Below are positions 33,466-43,735 of a DNA stretch of 64,000 nucleotides, piece after piece. Numbering within the stretch: the stretch's first letter is position 1; every line of letters starts with the position of its first letter. Source of the stretch: a virus (taxonomy: Duplodnaviria; Heunggongvirae; Uroviricota; Caudoviricetes); the IMG/VR virus record IMGVR_UViG_3300035501_000524; one strand, given 5' to 3'. A program made the position numbers and the translations under genes. Below the pieces are notes generated by a model that saw only the letters and a list, made by a program, of their open reading frames with translations, searched no databases and was not told the origin of the DNA.

Positions 33466-36400
33466 ATGGCTCAACAATTAAATGTCAATTTAGCACTTAC
33501 CGCAGATACGAGTAATGCTAAAGCTCAGTTACAGTCTTTACAAAAACAATTAACTGATTTAACTAAAATAGCCAATAAAAGTACAGATCTTGGTTTCTCA
33601 AAAAGTATCAAAGAGTCTACAACTTTAATTGCTCAATTAAAAGCGCAATTAGATAGTGCTACAACATCAGCTGGAAATTTAGATTTAAGTAAATTTAATG
33701 ACAGCTTAAAAAGTAGTAATACAACTATTACTCAATATAAAGATGCTTTAACTAATTTGGGACCGGAAGGCGAACAAGCCTTCGCGCAATTAGCAAACTC
33801 TGTAAATAATGCCGAAATTCCGATGAAAAGAGCAGGTAAATTATTAGATGATTTTGCAGTAACATTAAAGAATACTGCTAAGTGGCAAATTTCATCTGAT
33901 ATTATGCATGGATTTCAAGGTGCATTACAATCTGCTTTTGGATATGCGCAAGATTTAAATGAGTCTTTAACAAATATTCAAATTGTTACAGGCCAAACAA
34001 CTAGCCAAATGGCGCAATTTGCAGAACAAGCAAATAAAAGTGCTCAAGCATTAAGTACAACTACAACAGCTTACACTGATGCAGCTTTAATTTTCTATCA
34101 GCAAGGTTTAAGTGGCTCAGAAGTAACAGATAGAACTGATGTTGTTATTAAGATGGCTCAAGCTACTGGAGATTCAGCAACTGAAGTTTCTTCTTATATG
34201 ACAGCTATCTGGAATAACTTTGATGATGGTTCTGAGTCTTTGGAACATTATAGTGATGTTATTACTGCATTAGGTGCAGCAACCGCATCAAGTTCATCTG
34301 AAATCGCTGAAGGTCTTTCAAAATTCTCCTCAGTAGCAGAAACTGCCGGATTAAGTTATGAATATGCAACATCTGCATTAGCTACTGTAGTAGCAAAAAC
34401 AAGAGAATCAGCAGATACTGTTGGTAATGCTTTTAAAACTATTTTTGCTCGTATTCAAGACTTAGAATTAGGAGAAACCCTTGATGATGGAACTGATTTA
34501 GGAACTTATTCTCAAGCTCTTGAAAAAGTTGGTGTTGATATTAAAGATGCTAGTGGCGAGCTAAAAGATATGGATACCATTCTTGATGAATTAGGTGGAA
34601 AATGGAAAACATTATCTAATGATACTCAATTAGCAGTTGCGCAGGCTGTTGCAGGAACAAGACAATATACTCAGTTAATGGCATTGATGAATAACTGGGA
34701 TTATATGCAAGAAAATTTAGCTGTTGCGGAAGATTCAGAAGGAACTCTTGAAGAACAAGCAAGTACTTATGCGGATTCTTGGGAAGCTGCTCAAAATAGA
34801 GTGACTGCGGCCGCAGAAGCAATTTATGACTCTTTAATTGATGATCAATTTTTTATTACTCTTGATAACTTACTTGCAGATTTATTAAAAGGAGTAAATG
34901 ATTTAATTAAAGGGCTTGGTGGTATTCCTGGAGTTCTTGGAACTATTGGGTCTATTGCAACAAATGTTTTTAGCAAACAGATTGCTTCTGGACTAAATAA
35001 TGTTGCTTATGATATTAAAATGTTAACGAAATCTGGTAGAGAAGAAGTTGAAAATTTAAGAAAACAAGCTTCTACTTCTTTAATTTCATCTATAAGAGAT
35101 AAAGCAACAAAATCAAGTGGTACGCAAGCTGATATTTATACAGCTGAAGCTGATGCTAAAAAAGCTTTATATGAGTCTGCTGAAAAATTAAATGAAGTAG
35201 AACAAAAGACTGCTCAGAATTTAGCTGATCAAGTAACCGCTTTAAAAGAAGAGGCTCAAGCAAAAATAGATATAGAAAAGGCCGCAACTTCAGATAGAAA
35301 ACAAAATGAAAAAGCTATTGAAAATGTAGTGACGTCTAATGATACAAGCGGAGAGGGATCATCAATATTTTCAGCTTTTAAAGATACTACTTCAATTTAT
35401 ACTCAACAACAAAGTTATATAGATTCTTTAAATTCTCAATTACATAGTTTAGGAGAAAATGGTGTAGAATCTATTCAAAATATTAAAGATGCCATGGATG
35501 GCTTTCAGGATAGACTTGAAACAGCGGGTATAAAGCTTGAAGAAATGCCAAAAGATTTTCAAGAACTCTATAAGAAGGTGCAAGATTTTGTAAATAGCAA
35601 TGGAACTACAGGATCTTTTGATGATATTTTAAAGAATTTTGATGATGTTGCTTCTGGAATAGAGATAGAAATTGAAACTTTTGTTAATGAATTTAAAGAT
35701 GAATTTGTTGAATCTTTAGGTCTTTCTGGGGAAGAAGCTGTAAAATGCAAAGATAAAATTGATGCTTTTGTAAAATCTCTTCAAAATGAAAAAACAGCAC
35801 ATTTAGATGTAGAAGACGCAGTTGTAATACAACAAAATGCAGTTAAAAACTTAAAAGATTATTTAACTCAAGCTAGAGATTCTTCTTTAAGCTTTGGAGA
35901 GACAATGACTTCAGCAGCTAGAGGTATTACTGCATTAACTTCAGAAATGAATGCTATTAAAGGATTAGGAGATGTTTTTACATCAGATGCTTCGGGATTA
36001 GATAAGTTTGTATCTATTGCATCAACAGCAGCTACAACTATTCCAACATTAATTTCTGGCCTTAAAGCTTTATCTGCTGTTGCGGGAGGTCCAGTTACAG
36101 CTATATTAGCAATTGGATCCGCTGTTATTGGAGTTTTTAAAGCAGTTAAAGAAGCTGAAGAAAATAATATTTCAAAATTAGAAGAGCAAGCTGAAAAATC
36201 TAAAGAGATTGCTGATGAAGCTTATGAGCAAGCAACTCAAGATAAAGAAGTTTTAAAAACTTATCAAGACGCTTTAACGGCTTATGATAAAGTATCTGGA
36301 GATGGAAAAGAAGCTTTAGTAGAAGCTTCTCAAGCTGTAACTGAAGCTTATGAAATTGAAAATGCTCAATTATTAATCGCGACAGAAAGATATGAAGAAT

Positions 36401-39400
36401 TAGCTGAAGCAGTTAAAAATGCTAGAGCTGAAGAAGCTTCTAAAAATAAAGCTGACATTGGAAATGCTTTAACTGATGCAGAAGACGCTTTTGAATCAAG
36501 AATGCGAGGAAATCCTTTTGATGATAATTATTTTACTACTAATTTACAAGGGAAAGATGTTTATCAAGCGAATTTTTATGGCATTACAGATTTAGCTGAC
36601 CCTGATAGTTATAATTATGACACTGGCGCGTATGGTTATGATGAACTTAATAGTGCACTTGATGAAATTGATGAAAAATATAGAGATTTAATTAAAGTAG
36701 ATCCATGGGGACGGCTTACTATTGAAACAGCGCAAAGTTCAGATGGATTAATTTCAGCATATGAAGCCGCTGAAGCTTTACGAGATTCTTTATATAATAT
36801 GGGAGAAGATGCTCGAGAATCTGATGCATATAAAAATGTAAATGAATATCTTCAAACTATGCAAGAAGATTATGAAAATCTTATTGATTTAAAGAAAGAG
36901 TATACTGATACAGCGGTTGAAACAGATTTTCAAACAGTATTAGATAATTATACTGGCGATACAGATTTTAGTAATATCACAAATTTAGATAATTTTATTG
37001 ATTCAGCAGCTAAATCTATTTCTGAGATGGAAGATGGAAAAGTTAGTATTGATGATGCAAAAGAATCTTTATTATCTTATATGTCAACTTATTCGGATTA
37101 TTCTGATTTAGTTCAAGAATCAGAACTTGTCAAAGAAACTGCTGATCAATATAATTTCGATCAAGATAAATTAAAAACATGGTATGATCAACAACAAGAT
37201 GATGCTATTGATAATTTTTCTGATTTATATGTTAAGCTTAATTTTGAAATAGTTAATGATGATACTTTAAGTGATGATCTTGATGCACAAATTAAAGTTT
37301 TACAAGCTCAAGCAGATGCTGACACCATTAAAATTAATTATGAGACGTCAGATACTGCTTTAAGTGACTTTAAATCTGGCATGACAGCAGATGAGTATAA
37401 AAAATTTCAGTCTAGTAGTGGATTAGATTGGGGTCAAACTGTTGAAGGTTTAGAAGATCCAATTATTCAATATAGTGAATTCTTAAAGATGTCTGAATCT
37501 GAACAAGCTCAATATTTAACAGACATTAATAAAAAATTATATGACAGTTATAATGAATCAGCTTCAACTGCAGAAAAGGCTGATAGTGAGTATATATCTT
37601 ATCTTCAAAGTCGTCAAACAGAATTACAAGATATTATTGGTGATTTTAATGAGGCAGATAAAGAAACTGCGAGACAGAGTTTTAATGGAACAGACGAAGA
37701 ATTTCAGTCTTTTTGGGATGAAAAAGTTGCAGAAGTAGAAGCTGCGAAAGAAGAACTTGATGCAATAGATGAAGAGATAGCTGAATACCAATCAGATTCA
37801 GATAGTAGAAGTTCTGATATTGAAATCAATGCAATATTAAAAGATCAAGAATTAAATGAACAACTTAATGATTTACAAAGTACTGAGTATAAAATTGGAG
37901 TAACTTTAGATGTCGATAATATATCTGCCTTGCAGGAATTATTCGGTAATGATTGGGCAAAAGAGTTACAAGATTATGTTCAAATTGGAGTAGATGGATC
38001 TTATGAATTAGTTAAAAACGCTGATGAATTTAATGATAAAGTTCAGCAAGCTTATTTAAGCTCAATTGCTTCCGATATGGAGATGCCAGATGTAAAAAAT
38101 TATCCAACAAATACTGATGCATATAATCAAGCTATAACTGAATATCAAACTGAATATGCTCAAAATTTAGCTAAAATAAAAGCTGGTTTAGTTGCAATTA
38201 AAGATGATGATACTTTTGATAATCAATTAGAGTATTATAAAGATTTATTAGGTTTATCAGATGAATGGGCAACTAATGTTAAAGACGCTAGAGACGCACA
38301 AGATTCTACAAAAGATACTATTGAAAATTTGAATAGATATTTAGAAGAAGGTAATATTACTTCAAGCGAGTTTGTTACTAGATTAAATAATCTATTAAAT
38401 AATGATTCCTCTCTAACAACTGAAGAAAAAATTAAAGCTATTAATGACGCTTTAGATCAAGGCAAATATACAGCAGAGCAATATCAAAGTGAATTAGAAA
38501 CAATATTAAGCGATTCTGGTTACACCTCTCAAAAGAAAATAGAAGCTATAGATAATTCAAAATTAACTGATACTCAAAAAAGATCTGAAAAAGAAAATGT
38601 TTATACAAATGCAAGTGATATTTCAGATACAGCTAAAATTTCAGGGTTAGAAGGATTAAAAGTTTCAGATTCTACTGAAGAGGATCTTTCTAGAATAAAT
38701 CAAGAAATCTTAGATATTATAGATTCATCTTCTGAATTATCTGATAGCGAAAAACTAGAAAAATTATTAGCTACTGATTGGGATGAAGCTACAAAGTCTA
38801 GTGAAAAGCATAAAAATACTATGCTAGATATTTTATCTGGAGATACTAATTTAACTTTATCTGAAAAAATAGAAAAAATAAATAAAACTATTGCTGGTGG
38901 AACAGATGATGCTATTAAATATGGTGGAATTATAGCAGATATTTTATATTCTGACAAAAATTCTACTACTCAAGAAAAACTTGAAGCTTTATCAAATGCG
39001 CTTGATAAGGTACAAATAACATCAGAAGATGCTAGTAACACTATTTCTTCTATGATTAGTAATAATCAAATTAGCTTAGAAGAATTAAAGAATTTTTATA
39101 GCGAAAATACGCAGCTTACAGATTATACTGATAAAGTAAAAGAATTAGCTGCTAGTTATGATTATTGTACAGAAAGTCTTCAAAAGTATAAAGATGCATT
39201 AGAAGAAGGTAATGAAGAAGCAATTTCAGCAACTGAAAAAGCACTTGAATTATCAATAAAAGTTGCAGAAAATGCAGAAAAATTTAGTATTGATGCAAAT
39301 GTAATAGAGGCTTTTATAGAAAATCTTTCATCAATGGAAGAATATGCTGATGCATCAGCTGATGAGATTGTTAGACTTGGAACTGCTTTTGCAAGAGCTA

Positions 39401-42400
39401 ATGAAGGTTTAAATGATTTATGTGATAATAGTGATACATATCAAGATATATTAGATGAAATAGTGGATAATGGTTATGCACAAGCAATTACTCAAGATAC
39501 TTCAAATACTAAAAAGTTTATAACTTCTTTAGCGAATCTTTTAAATACAAGTGAAAGTGTTGCAAAAAGTCTCCTAAAAGATCAAAAAAATGCTGATGCA
39601 TTATCTGGGGCTTTACAAGGCAATACAGATGATATTAAAACTTTAGATAAAGAAGCTAGAAAATTAGCTGCTATTGAGATTGGTGTTGATGTAGATCAAA
39701 TCGAAGGCGGAGGTGAAGCTTTAGATTCTTTACTTGATAAAATGGATGAAATTCCAGAAGGTAAAGAAATTTTAGTTGAATTAAACGGTGATGAAGAAGC
39801 TACATCAGCTTTACAGGGTTTAATCCAAGAGCTTTGGAATTCTAGTGATAGTATTGATGATTTTAATAATAATTTAGCTCAATTAGATCTTTTTGGTGAT
39901 TTGGCTGCTGTTGCAGAAGATAACATGGGTGGAATGATTGATGGAGTTTATCAATCCGCAGAAGAAATGGCAGCTGCCGGATATGTCTTAATAAGTAACG
40001 CAAATGGCATAACTGAGGGATTGTCAAGTGCATTAAGCTTAGAGACAGATGTCGGTTCTATGACAGATAATATACAGACAGAAGGAGAAACTGAAACACC
40101 GGCTTCTTTTTATCCAGAAGAAAATGGAGAACAAACTATAAATGTACCAGGAGCGGCTTTTTCATCAAATGGTGAAAGTTTTGATTTTACTAAAACTGAT
40201 GGTGCAACCTTAACATATAAGGGTATTAGGTGGACAACTGGAGATACTCAAACCGAATCTATTGAAGATCAAACTCCTGTTACTCAAGTATGGGTAAGAC
40301 CTCGAAAAGGAGGTGGAGCAGGAACTGCGACTCATGGAAATCGTAATGTAAATGGCGGTGGACGTCGAAGTAGTGGAAGCAGAGGAAGTAGAGGTAGCGG
40401 AAGTAGAGGCAGTACTACTAGAAAAAATTCTGCTGAAAAGAAAACAGCTAGTGCAGAGCGCTATCACAAAGTTGATAAAACTCTTTCAACTTTAGAGAAG
40501 CAGTATGATGCTATTTCTAAAGCAAAAGATCGTGCTTTTGGAAAATCTAAATTAAAAAATCTTCAAGAAGAATTAAAAACTCAACAGGCGATAGTTAAAA
40601 CCCAAGCAGAGTATTTAAAACAAGCTAATGATTATCTTAAACAAGATAAGAAGAAACTTAATAAGACTGGAACAACAACGGTAAATGTTGATGGTACTGA
40701 CTATAAGCTTAATGCAAGTGCCGAAGGCTATTTAGGAATGAAAGTCAAATATGATGATAATAATAACATTTCTAATTATGATGAACTTATGGCCGCCAAT
40801 GATAAAAAGCTTGAAGCTGCTAGAAAAGCATATACTAGTGCTAATTCTGATGATGACGCAGCTAAAGTAGCTTGGGAGAAAGCTCAAGCGCAGTATGAGG
40901 CCTTCCAACAATTCTTGTCTCAATATGAAGAAACGGTTGAAACTGTTCAAGAAAAACAGCAAGATTTACAAGATTCTGAAAATGAAGCTTATGATCTTTT
41001 AGTTGAAATTACAGATACTAAACTAGAGTTAAAACTAGAAGTTAATGAGGAAGATTTAAAATTATTAGATTACTATCTTGGTAAACTTGGTGATGATATT
41101 TACGATATTGCAGAAGCAATAACTTTATTAACCCAGGAAGCTGATGTATCATTAAGTAATATTGATGCAACAACTCAGCATATGGAAGATACTTATAAGA
41201 CAGCTCTTGAGCAAGCAGGCGTTAAGAATGTTGATAAAAAAGTTCAGAAGTTAATGAATGGTGAAACATTAAGCGATTCAGATATGGAAAAACTTGCATC
41301 AACATTGACTGATGACCAAAAGGAATCTTTAAAAGATGATACTGCTAAACTCTTGGAAGAGAATAATAACTTACTTGAGATTCAAGCTTCTATTTATGAA
41401 GATATTGGAAAAGCATTTGATGCTAATGATGAAAAGTTAGATAAGCAAATCAATAAGCTTCAAAGATTAAGTAAAGTTACTGATACTTATAAGAACTTAA
41501 TAGATATTTATGGTCAGAAAAACCTTGGTGTTTCTAATGATACAATGAATAAATTGTATGAGACACAAAGAAAACAAGCTAAAAATGAGTATGATGCTTT
41601 AGTTTCTAAAAAAGAAATGCAAGAATCTGAAATCAAAAAGATGGAAGAAGCTAAACAGCAGCTTATCGACATGGGCTATAAAGAAAATAGCACTAATGTT
41701 AAAGAACTCCAAGAACAGATTGATGCAGCAAATGAAGCGCTAGAAAGCACAGAAGATAGTATCGAAGATGCTAAAACTAGCATTGCAGAACTTACTGTGG
41801 CGCAATTTACTCAAGAGATTACTGCGGCAGTCGATGCCTTTAAGGAATCTTGTGGTGGGCTTGCAGGTAGCATCGATGAATTACAAACAGCTTTTGAAAG
41901 AAGTAAAGATATTGCAGATGAATATATTCCAGAATATGAAAAAGTATATGAATTAACTAAATTAACCAGAAAAATTAATAATAGTATTGATGATACAAGT
42001 AATATTAAAGCAAAGAAAGAATTAAATAAATTACTAGAAGAAATCAATGAGAAACAAGAGAGCGGAGTTCAAATGAGTGAATATGAACTCGAATATCTCC
42101 AGAAAAAATATGACTTGAAAGTTGCGGAATTAGCTTTATCAGAGGCTCAAAACGCGAAAAGTCAAGTTCGTTTAACTCAAGATGCTGAAGGTAATTATGG
42201 ATATGTTTATACTGCGGATGACTCTCAGGTAGAAGATGCTGAACAAAATTATGAAGATAAATTATATGAAATGCAACAATTAAATGCAGAATATATAAAT
42301 ACTCTTCAAGAACAAATGATTCAGCTCCAGCAAGAAGAAGCCGACGCTTTAGCTAGTTTGGCAGAGGAATATCAAGACGATGTTGAAGGATTTAATAAAG

Positions 42401-43626
42401 CGGCTGCTGAATTACAAGCTTATTATGCAGAAAAAAATAGATATACTTCTGAGCAAATGGGCATTGTTATTGAAAATAATAAAGAATTATATGAGGATGA
42501 TGTTGCATCTTATGCGGCTGCTACTGGAAATAAAGCCCTTGCTGATGAAGAATATATTTCTTCTTTTAGTGACACTCAAATATCTATGTTAACCGGATAT
42601 AAGAATATGGAAGAGTATCAAGATAATTATACTGAATCTGCGAAAGATATGTATTTAACTGCGGCAAATGCTTCAGCTGAGTACGCAAGTAATATAAAAG
42701 ATGATTTAACTCAGATGGGCTATGATGCAGAGAGATTTGATGAAGAAATGAGTGAAGCTTTAGATAGCGTTCAAGAAGAGTCTGATTTTCTTAAAGGCAG
42801 TATCAGTGAAACTGCTACACAAGCTGAAAATGATTTTGATGGAATTATGGAAAAAGTTACAACTTTTCAGAGCCAGTATAGTCAAGTTATCAGTGATATT
42901 CTCCAAAAGAATGAAGCTTTAGTTGAATCATTTAATAAACTTTTAAAATCTTGGAATGCAGTTGAATCTAAAGATACTGATGAAGTAAAAACAAATACAA
43001 GTGGAACAGGAAACGCGACTGATAATGATAATAGTAGTCAAGGTGAAAACGGAGCAAGTGGAACTGGCACTAAACCGACTTGGGATCGAATCATGAGTGC
43101 TTATAATAGAATTAATTCTGGTGCTTGGGGAAATGGTGTAAGCCATCGTATCACAATGGGTGCAAAAGAAGGCTATACAAAAGCTGAAGTAACTGCGGCT
43201 CAGACATATATCAACTATGTATATCCCGTTTCTGAGCGTGGTAAAGGATATAGTTCCGCAAAAGCTAAGAGCTTAATGGGATATGATACTGGTGGATATA
43301 CTGGAGACTGGGGAGACAATGAAGGAAAACTTGCATTATTGCATAAGAAAGAAATCGTTCTTAATAAAGAAGATACTGAGAATTTCTTAAATGCAATAGA
43401 TATGGTTCGTGAAATTTCTAATATGATTGATTTGAATGCGGTGTCCGCAAGTGGCGGATTAGGACAGATATTAGCTGCTTCTGTTGGAAATTCAAGTAAT
43501 CAAACATTAGAGCAAGAAGTTCATATTACTGCTGAATTCCCGAACGCAACTGATAAGAATGAAATTTTAGAAGCTTTTGACAATGTTATAAATCTTGCAT
43601 CTCAATATGCAAATCGTAGTAAATAA
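33466..43626 (+). CDS. Tail tape measure protein, 3386 aa, exceptionally long
   Basis: Very long alpha-helical/coiled-coil-rich ORF downstream of the tail tube gene. Internal RG/SG-rich low-complexity segment (GGGAGTATHGNRNVNGGGRRSSGSRGSRGSGSRGS). C-terminal GYDTGGYTGDWG motif region. Terminator at 43632-43660. Confidence 0.7.
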   Translation: MAQQLNVNLALTADTSNAKAQLQSLQKQLTDLTKIANKSTDLGFSKSIKESTTLIAQLKAQLDSATTSAGNLDLSKFNDSLKSSNTTITQYKDALTNLGPEGEQAFAQLANSVNNAEIPMKRAGKLLDDFAVTLKNTAKWQISSDIMHGFQGALQSAFGYAQDLNESLTNIQIVTGQTTSQMAQFAEQANKSAQALSTTTTAYTDAALIFYQQGLSGSEVTDRTDVVIKMAQATGDSATEVSSYMTAIWNNFDDGSESLEHYSDVITALGAATASSSSEIAEGLSKFSSVAETAGLSYEYATSALATVVAKTRESADTVGNAFKTIFARIQDLELGETLDDGTDLGTYSQALEKVGVDIKDASGELKDMDTILDELGGKWKTLSNDTQLAVAQAVAGTRQYTQLMALMNNWDYMQENLAVAEDSEGTLEEQASTYADSWEAAQNRVTAAAEAIYDSLIDDQFFITLDNLLADLLKGVNDLIKGLGGIPGVLGTIGSIATNVFSKQIASGLNNVAYDIKMLTKSGREEVENLRKQASTSLISSIRDKATKSSGTQADIYTAEADAKKALYESAEKLNEVEQKTAQNLADQVTALKEEAQAKIDIEKAATSDRKQNEKAIENVVTSNDTSGEGSSIFSAFKDTTSIYTQQQSYIDSLNSQLHSLGENGVESIQNIKDAMDGFQDRLETAGIKLEEMPKDFQELYKKVQDFVNSNGTTGSFDDILKNFDDVASGIEIEIETFVNEFKDEFVESLGLSGEEAVKCKDKIDAFVKSLQNEKTAHLDVEDAVVIQQNAVKNLKDYLTQARDSSLSFGETMTSAARGITALTSEMNAIKGLGDVFTSDASGLDKFVSIASTAATTIPTLISGLKALSAVAGGPVTAILAIGSAVIGVFKAVKEAEENNISKLEEQAEKSKEIADEAYEQATQDKEVLKTYQDALTAYDKVSGDGKEALVEASQAVTEAYEIENAQLLIATERYEELAEAVKNARAEEASKNKADIGNALTDAEDAFESRMRGNPFDDNYFTTNLQGKDVYQANFYGITDLADPDSYNYDTGAYGYDELNSALDEIDEKYRDLIKVDPWGRLTIETAQSSDGLISAYEAAEALRDSLYNMGEDARESDAYKNVNEYLQTMQEDYENLIDLKKEYTDTAVETDFQTVLDNYTGDTDFSNITNLDNFIDSAAKSISEMEDGKVSIDDAKESLLSYMSTYSDYSDLVQESELVKETADQYNFDQDKLKTWYDQQQDDAIDNFSDLYVKLNFEIVNDDTLSDDLDAQIKVLQAQADADTIKINYETSDTALSDFKSGMTADEYKKFQSSSGLDWGQTVEGLEDPIIQYSEFLKMSESEQAQYLTDINKKLYDSYNESASTAEKADSEYISYLQSRQTELQDIIGDFNEADKETARQSFNGTDEEFQSFWDEKVAEVEAAKEELDAIDEEIAEYQSDSDSRSSDIEINAILKDQELNEQLNDLQSTEYKIGVTLDVDNISALQELFGNDWAKELQDYVQIGVDGSYELVKNADEFNDKVQQAYLSSIASDMEMPDVKNYPTNTDAYNQAITEYQTEYAQNLAKIKAGLVAIKDDDTFDNQLEYYKDLLGLSDEWATNVKDARDAQDSTKDTIENLNRYLEEGNITSSEFVTRLNNLLNNDSSLTTEEKIKAINDALDQGKYTAEQYQSELETILSDSGYTSQKKIEAIDNSKLTDTQKRSEKENVYTNASDISDTAKISGLEGLKVSDSTEEDLSRINQEILDIIDSSSELSDSEKLEKLLATDWDEATKSSEKHKNTMLDILSGDTNLTLSEKIEKINKTIAGGTDDAIKYGGIIADILYSDKNSTTQEKLEALSNALDKVQITSEDASNTISSMISNNQISLEELKNFYSENTQLTDYTDKVKELAASYDYCTESLQKYKDALEEGNEEAISATEKALELSIKVAENAEKFSIDANVIEAFIENLSSMEEYADASADEIVRLGTAFARANEGLNDLCDNSDTYQDILDEIVDNGYAQAITQDTSNTKKFITSLANLLNTSESVAKSLLKDQKNADALSGALQGNTDDIKTLDKEARKLAAIEIGVDVDQIEGGGEALDSLLDKMDEIPEGKEILVELNGDEEATSALQGLIQELWNSSDSIDDFNNNLAQLDLFGDLAAVAEDNMGGMIDGVYQSAEEMAAAGYVLISNANGITEGLSSALSLETDVGSMTDNIQTEGETETPASFYPEENGEQTINVPGAAFSSNGESFDFTKTDGATLTYKGIRWTTGDTQTESIEDQTPVTQVWVRPRKGGGAGTATHGNRNVNGGGRRSSGSRGSRGSGSRGSTTRKNSAEKKTASAERYHKVDKTLSTLEKQYDAISKAKDRAFGKSKLKNLQEELKTQQAIVKTQAEYLKQANDYLKQDKKKLNKTGTTTVNVDGTDYKLNASAEGYLGMKVKYDDNNNISNYDELMAANDKKLEAARKAYTSANSDDDAAKVAWEKAQAQYEAFQQFLSQYEETVETVQEKQQDLQDSENEAYDLLVEITDTKLELKLEVNEEDLKLLDYYLGKLGDDIYDIAEAITLLTQEADVSLSNIDATTQHMEDTYKTALEQAGVKNVDKKVQKLMNGETLSDSDMEKLASTLTDDQKESLKDDTAKLLEENNNLLEIQASIYEDIGKAFDANDEKLDKQINKLQRLSKVTDTYKNLIDIYGQKNLGVSNDTMNKLYETQRKQAKNEYDALVSKKEMQESEIKKMEEAKQQLIDMGYKENSTNVKELQEQIDAANEALESTEDSIEDAKTSIAELTVAQFTQEITAAVDAFKESCGGLAGSIDELQTAFERSKDIADEYIPEYEKVYELTKLTRKINNSIDDTSNIKAKKELNKLLEEINEKQESGVQMSEYELEYLQKKYDLKVAELALSEAQNAKSQVRLTQDAEGNYGYVYTADDSQVEDAEQNYEDKLYEMQQLNAEYINTLQEQMIQLQQEEADALASLAEEYQDDVEGFNKAAAELQAYYAEKNRYTSEQMGIVIENNKELYEDDVASYAAATGNKALADEEYISSFSDTQISMLTGYKNMEEYQDNYTESAKDMYLTAANASAEYASNIKDDLTQMGYDAERFDEEMSEALDSVQEESDFLKGSISETATQAENDFDGIMEKVTTFQSQYSQVISDILQKNEALVESFNKLLKSWNAVESKDTDEVKTNTSGTGNATDNDNSSQGENGASGTGTKPTWDRIMSAYNRINSGAWGNGVSHRITMGAKEGYTKAEVTAAQTYINYVYPVSERGKGYSSAKAKSLMGYDTGGYTGDWGDNEGKLALLHKKEIVLNKEDTENFLNAIDMVREISNMIDLNAVSASGGLGQILAASVGNSSNQTLEQEVHITAEFPNATDKNEILEAFDNVINLASQYANRSK

Positions 43627-43681
43627 ATTATAGGGTGGATTTATTCCACCCTATTTTTTGTTTTGGTCAATTAAAATTAAT

Positions 43682-43710
43682 TGACTTTGCGAAAATTTTT
43701 AGGTATAATA
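43682..43710 (+). promoter_or_regulatory. Promoter TTGACT (43682-43687), 17 bp, TATAAT (43705-43710), whose -35 lies in the palindrome GGTCAATTAAAATTAATTGAC (43667-43686)
   Basis: Near-identical to the rightward promoter at 16859-16887, including the upstream palindromic GTCAA...TTGAC partner. Confidence 0.5.
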
Positions 43711-43735
43711 GAAGTGAGAGAAAGGAGGCCCTTAA

